A stretch of DNA of 64,000 nucleotides from an uncultured Actinomycetota bacterium (GCA_963775655.1 CAVZJT010000012.1:41314-105313), one strand, 5' to 3'; numbered from the stretch's first letter, positions 1-9,763 are shown. Notes: generated from the letters alone by a model not told the origin. Program-made: numbers and translations.

Positions 1-2
1 AC

Positions 3-182
3 ATCGGTCCGCTGGATGTATTGGATACCGCCGACGAGCCCGATGATGCCCTGGCGGCGTTCCCGCATGTCCGTCGACACCGCGTGGCCCTCGCCGAGGA
101 CCAGTCCGCGGTGGAGTTCGAGGAGTCCCTGGAGAACCTGCTCGAGCGCCTCGCCTTGCAGGTGGCCCAGTCCGAAGGCTGA
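3..182 (+). CDS. 3' end of an unidentified CDS entering from the left edge (partial)
   Basis: Frame 3 is open from the window edge to TGA at 180-182 with strong G/C third-position bias. Tail reads ...EDQSAVEFEESLENLLERLALQVAQSEG. No family recognised. Confidence 0.3.
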   Translation: MGPLDVLDTADEPDDALAAFPHVRRHRVALAEDQSAVEFEESLENLLERLALQVAQSEG

Positions 183-204
183 GAGCCGGCGCCGCGCCAA
201 GCGT

Positions 205-245
205 GTTTACGACGTAAGGCTCTGGAGGTTTACAGCGTAAGTCTC
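205..245. promoter_or_regulatory. Two adjacent half-palindromic boxes (candidate operator)
   Basis: GTTTACGACGTAAGGCTC (205-222) and GTTTACAGCGTAAGTCTC (228-245), 23-bp period, each built around TTAC-N3-GTAA. Confidence 0.3.
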
Positions 246-539
246 GTGGGCAGGACCCTCGTTGTCCAGGTTTGGACACCTGGAACGGCCAAGGAGGGCG
301 ATGCGACGATGTCGGAACGGCGGCCACCCCACGGGCACCCCAGGCCCGAGCAGCTCGACGGGCCCACCGACGCGCCACCCGAGACTGCCGGAATCCCCCG
401 GCCGCCGCTGACCCGATATCAACATCACGCAGAGCGCCGTAGACAGCGACGGGCGACCCAATATGCAAGAAGCAGAATGACGGGTCTGACGGCGACGACA
501 CTCATCCTGATATGCGCCGGCTCTGACTGGCCCTGATCC

Positions 540-578
540 CCGGCGGGTTACGCAACGGCGCGTGCCCGCCGGTTTTCT
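540..578 (+). terminator. Candidate intrinsic terminator
   Basis: CCGGCGGG (540-547) pairs with CCCGCCGG (565-572), followed by TTTTCT. The 17-nt loop is large, so this is weak. Confidence 0.35.
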
Positions 579-754
579 CCTCCCGCCGCCGAGAAGGCCG
601 CGCGCAGCCGCAGGTCACCGTCGAGCCGGATACGGCGGGGAACCACCGTCGTCTTCGACGGGCCTTGACAACGAAAGGCGACGGATATGACGACGACTTC
701 AGACCGAGTGTGGCCGGATGGCACCGAGCCGACCGTGCCGGGGTCGATGGCTTC

Positions 755-1186
755 ATGAGCACCGCTTATAACGGCGTCGGCCAAGGTGGTGACGGCAAGG
801 TGCCGGCTCGGGAGGAGTCGCTGGGCAAGCTGGTGTCGAACCTGTCCAACGACCTCTCGACCTTGCTGCGCAAGGAAGTCGAGCTGGCCAAGGCTGAAGT
901 ACGCCTGGAGGTGTCTCGCGCCGGTAAGGGCGCCGGAATGCTTGGCGGCGCCGGATTCGCAGGCTGGATGGCTGCCGCCTTCGCGTCGCTGGCGCTGACA
1001 CTCGCATTGGCTGCGGTGATCCCCGCGGGCTGGGCAGCTCTGATCACCACAGCCCTCTGGGCGATCGTCGGCGGCGTGCTGTTCGTGGTTGGCCGCAAGA
1101 CGCTGAAGCGGGTCAACCTGAAGCCGGAGCAGACGGCCCAGACCCTCAAGGAGAACGTCCGATGGGCAAAAGCCCAGAAGAACTGA
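755..1186 (+). CDS. Phage-holin-family / DUF1469 membrane protein
   Basis: SLGKLVSNLSNDLSTLLRKEVELAKAEV..AGKGAGMLGGAGFAG followed by two TM helices, typical of the actinobacterial Holin-X family. The ATG at 755 is preferred over the TTG at 665 on length grounds. Confidence 0.7.
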   Translation: MSTAYNGVGQGGDGKVPAREESLGKLVSNLSNDLSTLLRKEVELAKAEVRLEVSRAGKGAGMLGGAGFAGWMAAAFASLALTLALAAVIPAGWAALITTALWAIVGGVLFVVGRKTLKRVNLKPEQTAQTLKENVRWAKAQKN

Positions 1187-1217
1187 AGCTAGAAATCGAG
1201 GGGGGGCGGCTGACGTC

Positions 1218-2192
1218 ATGGGTTCGTTGACGACGGACCGGCTGCCCCCCGGCGGCCGGGCCGAAAAACCGACCCAGATCCCGCCGCAGGGCTGGGCCCA
1301 GGTGCTGAAACGGGCCTGGAAAGAAGGCAAGGACGACAACATCAGCCTGCTGGCGGCAGGCGTCGCCTTCTTCACCTTCCTGGCGATCCCGCCGACGCTG
1401 GTCGCGGCGGTCACGTTGTACGGGCTGGTCAGCTCGCCGGCGCAGGTACAGAAGAACCTGCAGCAGGCGTCTTCGGGGATTCCGTCCTCGGCCCGCACCA
1501 TCGTCACCGACCAGATCACGCGGATCACCGGTCAACAGTCCGGGGCGCTGTCCGCCGCGCTCGTCGTGTCCCTGTTGCTGGCCTTGTGGTCGGCCTCGGC
1601 CGCGGTGCAGAACCTGATGAAGGCGATCAACGTCGCCTACGACGAAGAGGAGACACGCGGCTTCGTCAAGCTACGGGGAACGGCGCTGATGCTCACCGCC
1701 GCCGGCATCGTGTTCTTCCTGGTCGTCATAGCCCTCATCGCTGCCCTGCCGCCGGTGTTGAGCCACCTGTCGACGAGTCCGGTCGTCACCGTCGTGGTGC
1801 AGGTGGTCCGGTGGCTGCTGCTGCTCGGACTGGTCACCGTGGCGTTGGCGGTGCTCTATCGGACTGCACCGGATCGGGACGCCCCCAGGCTGCGCTGGGT
1901 CTCGCTGGGTGCGGTGGCTGCCACCATCGTCTGGATCGTGGTGAGCGTGTTGTTCTCCCTGTATGCCAGCAAGTCCGGCTCATATGGCAAGAACTTCGGT
2001 GCACTGGCCGGCATCGCGGTACTGCTCATGTGGCTGTATCTCACCAACTACGCCGTACTGCTCGGCGCGGAGATCAACGCCGAGTCAGAGCAACAGACCG
2101 AAGCCGACACCACCCGCGGCGAGCCCCGACCCATCGGGACCCGCGACGCCGTAAAAGCCGACAGCGTGGCCGGACCGACGGGAGGCGAATGA
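1218..2192 (+). CDS. YihY/BrkB-family inner membrane protein
   Basis: N-terminal WKEGKDDNISLLAAGVAFFTFLAIPP and C-terminal LLMWLYLTNYAVLLGAEINAE are YihY hallmarks. Multiple TM segments. Confidence 0.85.
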   Translation: MGSLTTDRLPPGGRAEKPTQIPPQGWAQVLKRAWKEGKDDNISLLAAGVAFFTFLAIPPTLVAAVTLYGLVSSPAQVQKNLQQASSGIPSSARTIVTDQITRITGQQSGALSAALVVSLLLALWSASAAVQNLMKAINVAYDEEETRGFVKLRGTALMLTAAGIVFFLVVIALIAALPPVLSHLSTSPVVTVVVQVVRWLLLLGLVTVALAVLYRTAPDRDAPRLRWVSLGAVAATIVWIVVSVLFSLYASKSGSYGKNFGALAGIAVLLMWLYLTNYAVLLGAEINAESEQQTEADTTRGEPRPIGTRDAVKADSVAGPTGGE

Positions 2193-2216
2193 CCGTTGTA
2201 CCGCTGACGGCAAGGC

Positions 2217-2600
2217 TCAGTCGGCGAGCAGACGGTGGATGAGCTGGATCGCGATAGAGCCCTCACCGACGGCGGACGCCACGCGCTTCACGGATCCGTG
2301 TCGGACGTCCCCGACCGCGAGGACTCCCGGGAGGCTGGTCTCCAGCGGCAGCGGAGGGCGACCGAACGCCCCGCGTGCGTCGGCGTTAGATCCGGTCCGG
2401 TCATGACGAAGCCACGGGTGTCACGCTCGACCGTCGGGGGGAGCCAGTCGGTGTGCGGCCGTGCGCCGATCATCAGGAAGAGGGCGTGGGCGTTGACGGT
2501 CTCCTCCGCGCCGTCCGAGCCGTTGCGCAGCACCAGGTGTTCCAGCCAGCCGGCGCCACCGCCATCGACGACCTCGGTCGCCCGACGAGGCTCCGCTCCG
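2217..2600 (-). pseudogene. Thioredoxin-reductase-like FAD oxidoreductase, C-terminal remnant with frameshift
   Basis: Only the C-terminal ~125 aa is present (..LFLMIGARPHTDWLP..RGFVMTGPDL / ..LETSLPGVLAVGDVRHGSVKRVASAVGEGSIAIQLIHRLLAD*). It is split over two frames near 2385-2395. No N-terminal FAD-binding half. Confidence 0.6.
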
Positions 2601-3452
2601 GTGATCCGGCTCGCGCCTGACGGTCGACCTGCGCCCGCAACGCCGCGATCGGCACGGCGCCGGTGAGCAGACCGCGACCGAGCCGCGCGATCCCTTTCAG
2701 ATCGGCGATAGCCGTGGCGACGATGTCGACCCGGGAGTCCGGGTCATCCGTCCAGTCCACCGGGACCTCGTGGATCCGCAGCCCGATCCGTTCGGCGATC
2801 ACCAGGAGTTCGGTGTCGAAGAACCAGCCGTTGTCCTCGATCAACGGCAGCAGTTGTCGCACCCGGTCGGTCCGTACCGCCTTGAAACCGCACTGCGCGT
2901 CGGAGAACCGTGCCCGCAGGTGGCCCGCAGCATCAGGTTGTAGCAGCGCGAGATGATCTCCCGGCGGGGACCACGGACCACCCGCGCGGTGCGGCTCAGG
3001 CGGCTCCCGATCGCCACGTCGCTGTGCCCGGAGAGCAGCGGCGCGACGAGCGGGAGAAACGCCTCCAGCCCGGTCGACAGGTCGACGTCCATGTAGCTCA
3101 CGACGTCGGCGTCGCTGCGGGCCCAGATGTGGTGCAGCGCGCCGCCGCGGCCCTTGCTCTCCAGCCGCACGGCGTGCACGCCCGGCAGCTCGCGGGCGAG
3201 CATCGTGGCGATCGTCCAGGTCTGGTCGGTGCTTGCGTTGTCGGCGATCGTGATGCGGAACGGATAGGGGAAGGACTCCGACAGATAGCGGTGCAGCCGG
3301 CGCACGCTCTCGGCCAGCACCTCCTGCTCGTCGTAGACCGGTACGACGACCTCGACGACAGGTCGGCGCCGGTCGCCGTCGGGGCTCGCCGAGTGGTCGT
3401 CGACCGGCCTAAACGGATGCTGGTGGGCCGTTGCGGTGCTCATGAACGGCAC
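2473..3452 (-). pseudogene. Family 2 glycosyltransferase (polyprenol-phosphate sugar transferase-like), frameshifted
   Basis: N-terminal VVVPVYDEQ..ITIADNASTDQT..YMDVDLS in ORF 2841-3452. Continuation LRARFSDAQCGFKAVR..DNGWFFDTELLV is in ORF 2473-2862. The frame break at ~2919-2920 looks like one missing G in a G run. The 3' end reads into the oxidoreductase remnant. Confidence 0.75.
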
Positions 3453-3471
3453 CGTGGCAGCCGATTCTCAG

Positions 3472-3515
3472 AGCCGGCTGTGTGTTTCCACCGAGCCGCC
3501 TGTGTGTTTCCGCGG
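3472..3515. promoter_or_regulatory. 22-bp tandem direct repeat in a divergent promoter gap (candidate response-regulator site)
   Basis: AGCCGGCTGTGTGTTTCCACCG (3472-3493) and AGCCGCCTGTGTGTTTCCGCGG (3494-3515), 19/22 identical. Further CACAG/CTGTG motifs at 3536-3578. Confidence 0.4.
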
Positions 3516-3717
3516 ATCCGCCGGAGCGCGGGCGGATTCACAGCCTGCTCACAGAATTGTTTCAGGGATCGCACAGGAAGGCTCGCGATAGTAGGGCTCC
3601 ACCCTCCGGCGACGGAGGTGACGCGAGGAGGCCCGCCTTGGGAAAGACCATGACCGGTACCGCGGCCGAACCGATGACCGGGCGACCTCGTCCCGTGCGG
3701 ACGCCGTACGCGTCCTC

Positions 3718-4386
3718 GTGGTCGACGACGAGCGCTACCTGGCCGAGATGCTGGTCACCGCGCTGGGCTTCGAGGGATGGCGGGCAAGGGCAGCGTTGAC
3801 CGCGGCCGACGCCCTGACCCAGATCGAGGCCTTCCAGCCGGCCGTCGTCATCCTCGACGTGATGCTGCCCGACGCCGACGGGTTCTCGCTCTTCTCCCGC
3901 ATCCGGGCGGCCGGCTGTGACGCCCCGGTGATCTTCCTGACCGCGCGCGACGCCACCGAGGACCGGGTCCGCGGGCTGACCATCGGCGGCGACGACTACG
4001 TGACCAAGCCGTTCAGCGTCGAGGAACTCGTCGCGCGGCTGCGCGGGCTGCTCCGCCGGGCGGCGATCACGACCGCCCGCAGCGCCACCCTGTCCGTCGA
4101 CGACCTGATGCTCGACGAGGACACCCGCGAGGTCCGCCGCGGTGCGCAGTTCATCGACCTGACCCGCACCGAGTTCGAGTTGCTGCGCTACCTGATGCGC
4201 AATTCGCCCCGGGTGCTGTCCAAGGCCCAAATTCTCGACCGGGTGTGGGACTACGACTTCGGCGGCAACGGCAACGTCGTCGAGCTCTACGTCTCCTATC
4301 TGCGCCGCAAGATCGACGCCGGCAACGAGCCGCTCATCCACACCGTGCGGGGCGTCGGATACGTCCTGCGGCCCGCCCGGCGCTGA
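3718..4386 (+). CDS. OmpR/PhoB-family response regulator
   Basis: Receiver motifs VVDDE, ILDVMLPDADG, IFLTARD and a winged-helix C-terminus (TEFELLRYLM..VHTVRGVGYVL). Confidence 0.92.
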   Translation: MVDDERYLAEMLVTALGFEGWRARAALTAADALTQIEAFQPAVVILDVMLPDADGFSLFSRIRAAGCDAPVIFLTARDATEDRVRGLTIGGDDYVTKPFSVEELVARLRGLLRRAAITTARSATLSVDDLMLDEDTREVRRGAQFIDLTRTEFELLRYLMRNSPRVLSKAQILDRVWDYDFGGNGNVVELYVSYLRRKIDAGNEPLIHTVRGVGYVLRPARR

Positions 4387-4392
4387 CCCGTC

Positions 4393-5856
4393 GTGATCGC
4401 GTCGGTGATCCGCAGGATCAGTGGCTGGTCGCTCCGGCGTCGGCTGATCTCGCTGCTGCTCGTCCTGTTCCTCGTCATGTTCAGCGCGTCCGGCATCGTG
4501 ACCTATCGGGCGCTGAACTCCTTCCTGGCCGGCCGGGTCGACGACCAGGTGAGTCAGCTGCTCGACCGGTACCGCCACCTCGGGCCGCCCGGTGACTTCG
4601 GCGGCGGCCGGTTCGGTCCGCAGCCCATCGGAGTGGTCGGCATCTATCTGAGCCCGGACCACACCCAGGCGATCCCCATCGGGACCAGCAGCGGCGGCAG
4701 CGCGAGCACTCTCTCGTCGGCCGCCATGTCCCGGCTCGCGCAGGTCGTGCCCGGCCAGGCCCCGCAGACCATCTCGCAGCTGCCCGGCAAGTCCAGCAGC
4801 TATCGGGTCGAGGCGAGCACCCTGCCCGATGGCACCACCCTCGTGATCGGGCAGTCGACGGCGGCCGTCGCCGCGACGCTCCAGCGGCTGCTGCTCGTGG
4901 AGGTCGCCGTGGGCGCCGCGGGCCTGCTGATCGTGGCCGTCGTCGGTTCGGGATTGATCGGCGTCGCCCTGCGCCCGCTCCGCCGGATCACCGCGACGAC
5001 CCGGCGGATCGCGGAGTCCGATCTCACCGGCGACGCCGCGCTGGCGCTGCGCGTTCCGGCACCGCCGACGTCGACCGAGGTCGGCCAGCTCGGTCAGGGC
5101 ATGAATCACATGCTCTCGGTGATCGACGCGGCGCTGCTCGAGCGGACGACCGCGCAACGCCAGCTGCAACAGTTCGTCGCGGACGCCTCGCACGAGCTCC
5201 GTACGCCGCTCGCGACCATCCGCGGTTACGCCGACCTCTTCCGCAACGGCGAGGTGACCGACGTCCGTCACCTCGCCGATGCCGGCGTGGCGATGCGGCG
5301 GATCGCGGAGGAGTCCAACCGCATGGGCGTCCTGGTGGACGACCTGCTGCTGCTCGCCCGCCTCGACGAAGGCCGGGCCCTGCAACGGGAGGAGGTCGAT
5401 CTCGCCCTGCTCGCCGCGGATGCTGCCAGTGACCACCGCGTGGTCGATCCGACCCGGCCGGTGATCCTCGACATCCCGCCGCACCCGGTGCCGGTCATCG
5501 GCGACCAGGCCCGACTGCACCAGATACTGGCCAACCTGCTGGGCAACGTCCGGGCCCATACGCCGCCGGGGACGACCGTCACGATCGCGGTACGCGCCGC
5601 CGATGGGCGGGTCGCCCTCGACGTCTGCGACGACGGGCCGGGGATCCCCGCGGCGGAGGTGCCGCGCGTCTTCGACCGGTTCTACCGGGCCGACCCCTCC
5701 CGCGCCCGCGCCAGTGGGGGCACCGGCCTCGGGCTGGCGATCGTCCGCGCGATCGTGACCGCGCACGACGGTCGGACGATGCTGCGCTCGGTACCGGGGT
5801 CCACGGTGGTGTCGGTGTCCCTCCCGGCGTCGGTCGCGGTTCCGGCGGCGCCGTAG
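4393..5856 (+). CDS. Sensor histidine kinase (HAMP-HisKA-HATPase)
   Basis: Two TM segments, H-box [21 protein letters not shown] box [11 protein letters not shown] boxes DDGPGI and [10 protein letters not shown]. Starts 7 nt after the regulator stop. Confidence 0.92.
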   Translation: MIASVIRRISGWSLRRRLISLLLVLFLVMFSASGIVTYRALNSFLAGRVDDQVSQLLDRYRHLGPPGDFGGGRFGPQPIGVVGIYLSPDHTQAIPIGTSSGGSASTLSSAAMSRLAQVVPGQAPQTISQLPGKSSSYRVEASTLPDGTTLVIGQSTAAVAATLQRLLLVEVAVGAAGLLIVAVVGSGLIGVALRPLRRITATTRRIAESDLTGDAALALRVPAPPTSTEVGQLGQGMNHMLSVIDAALLERTTAQRQLQQFVADASHELRTPLATIRGYADLFRNGEVTDVRHLADAGVAMRRIAEESNRMGVLVDDLLLLARLDEGRALQREEVDLALLAADAASDHRVVDPTRPVILDIPPHPVPVIGDQARLHQILANLLGNVRAHTPPGTTVTIAVRAADGRVALDVCDDGPGIPAAEVPRVFDRFYRADPSRARASGGTGLGLAIVRAIVTAHDGRTMLRSVPGSTVVSVSLPASVAVPAAP

Positions 5857-5865
5857 GCTGCCGCC

Positions 5866-6393
5866 GTGACCGACCGCGACCGCCTCCGCCAGCTCATCGC
5901 CGATCTCGCCGTCGTCCACGGCCGAGTGGTGCTCTCCTCCGGGCAGGAGGCCGACTACTACGTCGACCTGCGCCGTATCACGCTGCACCGCGAGGCGGCG
6001 CCGCTGGTCGGCCGGGTGATGAACGAGCTCACCGCCGACTGGGACTACGCCGCCGTCGGCGGACTGACCCTCGGCGCCGACCCGGTCGCGGCGGCGATGT
6101 TGCACGCGAGCGGCGGTGCGGTCGACGCGTTCGTGGTGCGCAAGGAGGGCAAGGCGCACGGCCTGCAGCGCCAGATCGAAGGGCCCGACGTGGCCGGCCG
6201 CCGGGTGCTCGCGGTCGAGGACACGTCCACGACCGGGGCCAGCGTCCTCGCCGCCGTCAAGGCGCTCGGTGAGATCGGCGCGGAGGTCGTCGGTGTGGCG
6301 GTGATCGTCGACCGGGGTGCCGGGGACGCCGTACGCGCCGCCGGGCTGGACTACCGCGCGGCCTACACGATGGCCGACATCGGGCTGGGCTGA
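5866..6393 (+). CDS. pyrE: Orotate phosphoribosyltransferase
   Basis: 175 aa with SSGQEADYYVDLR and PRPP loop VLAVEDTSTTGAS. Confidence 0.9.
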   Translation: MTDRDRLRQLIADLAVVHGRVVLSSGQEADYYVDLRRITLHREAAPLVGRVMNELTADWDYAAVGGLTLGADPVAAAMLHASGGAVDAFVVRKEGKAHGLQRQIEGPDVAGRRVLAVEDTSTTGASVLAAVKALGEIGAEVVGVAVIVDRGAGDAVRAAGLDYRAAYTMADIGLG

Positions 6394-6400
6394 CCGCTCC

Positions 6401-7045
6401 GTGACCGAGCCCGACCAGCCGGCCGAGGCCGTCGGGGTCGGGCCGCATCCCCGGCCGTGGCCGGACGACCCCAGACTCGACCCGGACCTGCTCGAGAACG
6501 GCGACCGGCGCAACGTCGTCGACCGCTACCGTTACTGGCGGCTTTCCGCGATCGTGGACGACCTCGACACCAGGCGGCATGACTTCCACGTCGGTGTCGA
6601 GAACTGGGCGCACGACCTCAACATCGGCAGCGTCGTCCGGACGGCCAACGCCTTCCTGGCCCGCGAGGTGCACGTGATCGGGCGCCGGCGATGGAACCGC
6701 CGCGGCGCGATGGTGACCGATCGCTATCAGCACGTGCGGCATCACGCCGACATCGACGAGCTGGTCGGCTGGTGCCGCGCGCAAGACCTCCCGATCGTGG
6801 CGGTCGACAACCTGCCCGGCGCCGTACCGCTCGAGACGACGACCCTGCCGCGGCGCTGCCTGCTGCTCTTCGGGCAGGAGGGGCCGGGGCTGTCCGAGCC
6901 GGCCCGCGCGGCCGCCGATGTCGTCTGCTCGATCGCGCAGTTCGGCTCGACCCGCTCGATCAACGCCGGGGTCGCCGCCGGCATCGCGATGCACGCCTGG
7001 ATCCGCACCCACGCCCTCCCACCCCTGGACCCCCATTCCGCATGA
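6401..7045 (+). CDS. TrmH/SpoU-family RNA 2'-O-methyltransferase
   Basis: HDLNIGSVVRTANAF, LLFGQEGPGLS and IAQFGSTRSINAGVAAGIAMH SpoU motifs. The GTG at 6401 avoids overlap with pyrE. The last four codons and the stop lie inside repeat element A. Confidence 0.8.
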   Translation: MTEPDQPAEAVGVGPHPRPWPDDPRLDPDLLENGDRRNVVDRYRYWRLSAIVDDLDTRRHDFHVGVENWAHDLNIGSVVRTANAFLAREVHVIGRRRWNRRGAMVTDRYQHVRHHADIDELVGWCRAQDLPIVAVDNLPGAVPLETTTLPRRCLLLFGQEGPGLSEPARAAADVVCSIAQFGSTRSINAGVAAGIAMHAWIRTHALPPLDPHSA

Positions 7046-7186
7046 ACGTGACGTTGATGCGGCTAGAGCGCTTGAACGTGACGTTCAAGCGGAATCGGGG
7101 CGCGAAATCGGGCCACCCCCATTCCGCATGAACGTGACGTTGATGCGGCTAGAGCGCTTGAACGTGACGTTCAAGCGGAATGGGGG
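7031..7186. repeat. Family A palindromic element, two tandem copies (7031-7100 and 7116-7186)
   Basis: Unit CCCCATTCCGCATGAACGTGACGTTGATGCGGCTAGAGCGCTTGAACGTGACGTTCAAGCGGAATGGGG. It has outer inverted ends plus two internal palindromes around AACGT-G-ACGTT. Confidence 0.9.
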
Positions 7187-7204
7187 AGGGGCCGAGTAGA
7201 CCCA

Positions 7205-7990
7205 TCAGGCGTCGATGTCGTCGGTCAGGTCGGCGACCGAGTCGACGACGCGGGACGGCCGGTAGGGGAACCGCTCGATGTCCGCCTTCTTCGTCACGCC
7301 GCTGAGCACCAGCACCGTCTCGAGCCCGGCCTCGATCCCGGAGATCACGTCGGTGTCCATCCGGTCGCCGATCATGACCGTGCTCTCGCTGTGGCCCTGC
7401 ACGGTGTTCAGCGCGGAGCGCATCATCAGCGGGTTGGGCTTCCCGACGAAGTACGGCTCGACCCCGGTCGCCTTGGTGATCATCGCCGCGACCGAGCCGG
7501 TGGCCGGCAACGCTCCTTCGGCCGACGGCCCGGTCGCGTCCGGGTTGGTCGCGATGAAGCGCGCGCCGGCGTCGATCAGCCGGATCGCCCGGGTGATCGA
7601 CTGGAAGCTGTAGGTCCGGGTCTCACCGAGTACGACGTAGTCCGGCGCGACGTCGGTCAGCACGTAGCCGATCGCGTGCAGCGCAGTGGTCAGGCCGGCC
7701 TCTCCGATCACGTGCGCCGTACCGCCCGGACGCTGGGTGTCGAGGAACTGCGCGGTGGCCAGCGCCGAGGTATAGATCGCCCGCTCGGGTACGTCGATGC
7801 CCGCGCCGCGCAGCCGGGCGTGCAGGTCGCGTGGCGTGTAGATCGAGTTGTTGGTCAGAACCAGGTAGCGCTTGCCTGACGCCTCGAGCCGCCCGATGAA
7901 GTCGATCGCTCCGGGGATCGGTCGCCCTTCGTCGACCAGGACGCCGTCCATGTCGGTGAGCCAGCATTCGGCGGTCCGTCGTTCGCTCAT
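7205..7990 (-). CDS. HAD-IIA family hydrolase (NagD-like)
   Basis: DMDGVL motif I, LTNNS, and GDRMDTDV motif. Confidence 0.88.
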   Translation of the reverse strand: MSERRTAECWLTDMDGVLVDEGRPIPGAIDFIGRLEASGKRYLVLTNNSIYTPRDLHARLRGAGIDVPERAIYTSALATAQFLDTQRPGGTAHVIGEAGLTTALHAIGYVLTDVAPDYVVLGETRTYSFQSITRAIRLIDAGARFIATNPDATGPSAEGALPATGSVAAMITKATGVEPYFVGKPNPLMMRSALNTVQGHSESTVMIGDRMDTDVISGIEAGLETVLVLSGVTKKADIERFPYRPSRVVDSVADLTDDIDA

Positions 7991-8067
7991 GCCCAGATGA
8001 TCGCAGTACGCCGCATCGCCGGGCTGCCGCGAGCACCCGATGCCCGGCCCGGCGGGGCGGTAGCGTC

Positions 8068-9729
8068 GTGATCATGGCGTCATATGAGCCGGTGCACGCG
8101 CCCCGCGGTACGGCGCTGTCGTGTCGGGGCTGGCCGCAGGAGGCCGCCCTGCGGATGCTCATGAACAACCTCGACCCGGACGTCGCCGAACACCCGGAGC
8201 AGCTCGTGGTCTACGGCGGGTCGGGCCGGGCGGCCCGGTCCTGGGACGCCTACCACGCGATCGTCGCGAGCCTGCGCGACCTCGCCGACGACGAGACCCT
8301 GCTGGTGCAGTCGGGCAAGCCGGTGGGCATCACCCGGACCCACGAGTGGGCGCCGCGGGTGCTGATCGCCAACTCCAACCTGGTGCCCGACTGGGCCAAC
8401 TGGGAGGAGTTCCGGCGGCTGGAGTCGGCCGGGCTCACGATGTACGGCCAGATGACGGCCGGGTCGTGGATCTACATCGGCACGCAGGGGATCCTGCAGG
8501 GCACCTACGAGACCTTCGCCGCCGTCGCGGAGAAGCGGTTCGGCGGGAGCCTCGCCGGCACCATCACCGTCACCGCCGGCCTCGGCGGGATGGGCGGAGC
8601 GCAGCCGCTGGCGATCACGATGAACGGCGGGGTCGCGATCTGCATCGACTGCGACCCGTCCCGGATCTCGCGGCGCATCGCGCACGGCTACCTCGACGAG
8701 TCCGCGACCGACCTCCCCGACGCGCTGCGCCGGGCGGTGGTGGCGCGCGACGCCCGGCAGGCCCGCTCGATCGGTGTGCTGGGTAACGCCGCCGACCTGG
8801 TGGCCGAGCTGCTGGCGATGGGCGCGCCGATCGACGTCGTGACCGACCAGACCTCGGCACACGACCCGCTCAGCTATCTGCCGCAGGGTGTCTCGTTCGC
8901 CGACATGCCCGCACTGCGCGCCGAGGATCCCGCCGGGTTCACCACCCGGGCGCGGGAGTCGATGGCGCACCACGTCGAGGCGATGGTCGGTTTCCTGGAC
9001 GCCGGCGCCGAGGTCTTCGACTACGGCAACTCGATCCGCGGTGAGGCCGAGACCGCGGGCTACGCGCGCGCGTTCGACTTCCCCGGGTTCGTGCCGGCCT
9101 ACATCCGCCCGTTGTTCTGCCAGGGGAAGGGCCCGTTCCGCTGGGCCGCGCTCTCCGGCGATCCGGCCGACATCATGCGCACCGACCGGGCGATCCTCGA
9201 CCTCTTCCCCGACAACGAGTCGCTGGCCCGCTGGATCCGGCTCGCCCAGGAAAAGGTGCACTTCGAGGGCTTGCCGGCCCGGATCTGCTGGCTCGGTTAC
9301 GGCGAGCGCGACCGCGCCGGGGTGCGCTTCAACGACATGGTGGCCTCGGGCGAGTTGGCTGCACCGATCGTCATCGGCCGAGACCACCTCGACGCCGGGT
9401 CGGTCGCCTCGCCGTACCGCGAGACGGAGGCGATGGCCGACGGGTCCGACGCGATCGCCGACTGGCCGCTGCTCAACGCGATGCTCAACGTCGCGTCCGG
9501 GGCGTCGTGGGTGTCGATCCACCACGGCGGCGGCGTGGGCATCGGCCGGTCGATCCACGCCGGTCAGGTGTGCGTCGCCGACGGCACCGCGCTGGCCGGG
9601 GAGAAGATCGCGCGGGTGCTGTCCAACGACCCGGGTACCGGCATCATGCGGCACGCCGACGCCGGTTACGCCGACGCGCGTGAGATGGCCCGCGCCCGCG
9701 GCGTACACATCCCGATGGCCGGCCCGTGA
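8068..9729 (+). CDS. hutU: Urocanate hydratase
   Basis: 553 aa. [38 protein letters not shown]. An alternative ATG lies at 8074. Confidence 0.95.
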   Translation: MIMASYEPVHAPRGTALSCRGWPQEAALRMLMNNLDPDVAEHPEQLVVYGGSGRAARSWDAYHAIVASLRDLADDETLLVQSGKPVGITRTHEWAPRVLIANSNLVPDWANWEEFRRLESAGLTMYGQMTAGSWIYIGTQGILQGTYETFAAVAEKRFGGSLAGTITVTAGLGGMGGAQPLAITMNGGVAICIDCDPSRISRRIAHGYLDESATDLPDALRRAVVARDARQARSIGVLGNAADLVAELLAMGAPIDVVTDQTSAHDPLSYLPQGVSFADMPALRAEDPAGFTTRARESMAHHVEAMVGFLDAGAEVFDYGNSIRGEAETAGYARAFDFPGFVPAYIRPLFCQGKGPFRWAALSGDPADIMRTDRAILDLFPDNESLARWIRLAQEKVHFEGLPARICWLGYGERDRAGVRFNDMVASGELAAPIVIGRDHLDAGSVASPYRETEAMADGSDAIADWPLLNAMLNVASGASWVSIHHGGGVGIGRSIHAGQVCVADGTALAGEKIARVLSNDPGTGIMRHADAGYADAREMARARGVHIPMAGP

Positions 9730-9763
9730 TGCGGGCGGGCCGGGGTCGCGACGCGGGTCGGCC

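Noticed and set aside
548-1528. 326-aa minus-strand ORF
   Set aside because: It overlaps the holin-like and YihY genes antisense and has no recognisable motifs or sensible membrane or soluble architecture.
3562-6513. 983-aa ORF on the minus strand
   Set aside because: It is antisense to three well-supported genes (response regulator, histidine kinase, pyrE). Its Arg/Gly/Pro/Asp-rich composition with no recognisable motifs is a typical high-GC shadow ORF.
7050-7090. LexA/SOS-box resemblance of TTGAACGTGACGTTCAA
   Set aside because: The actinobacterial SOS box is GAAC-N4-GTTC, whereas these dyads are GAAC-N5-GTTC. They also occur as parts of larger repeated units at gene 3' ends, not at promoters of DNA-repair genes.
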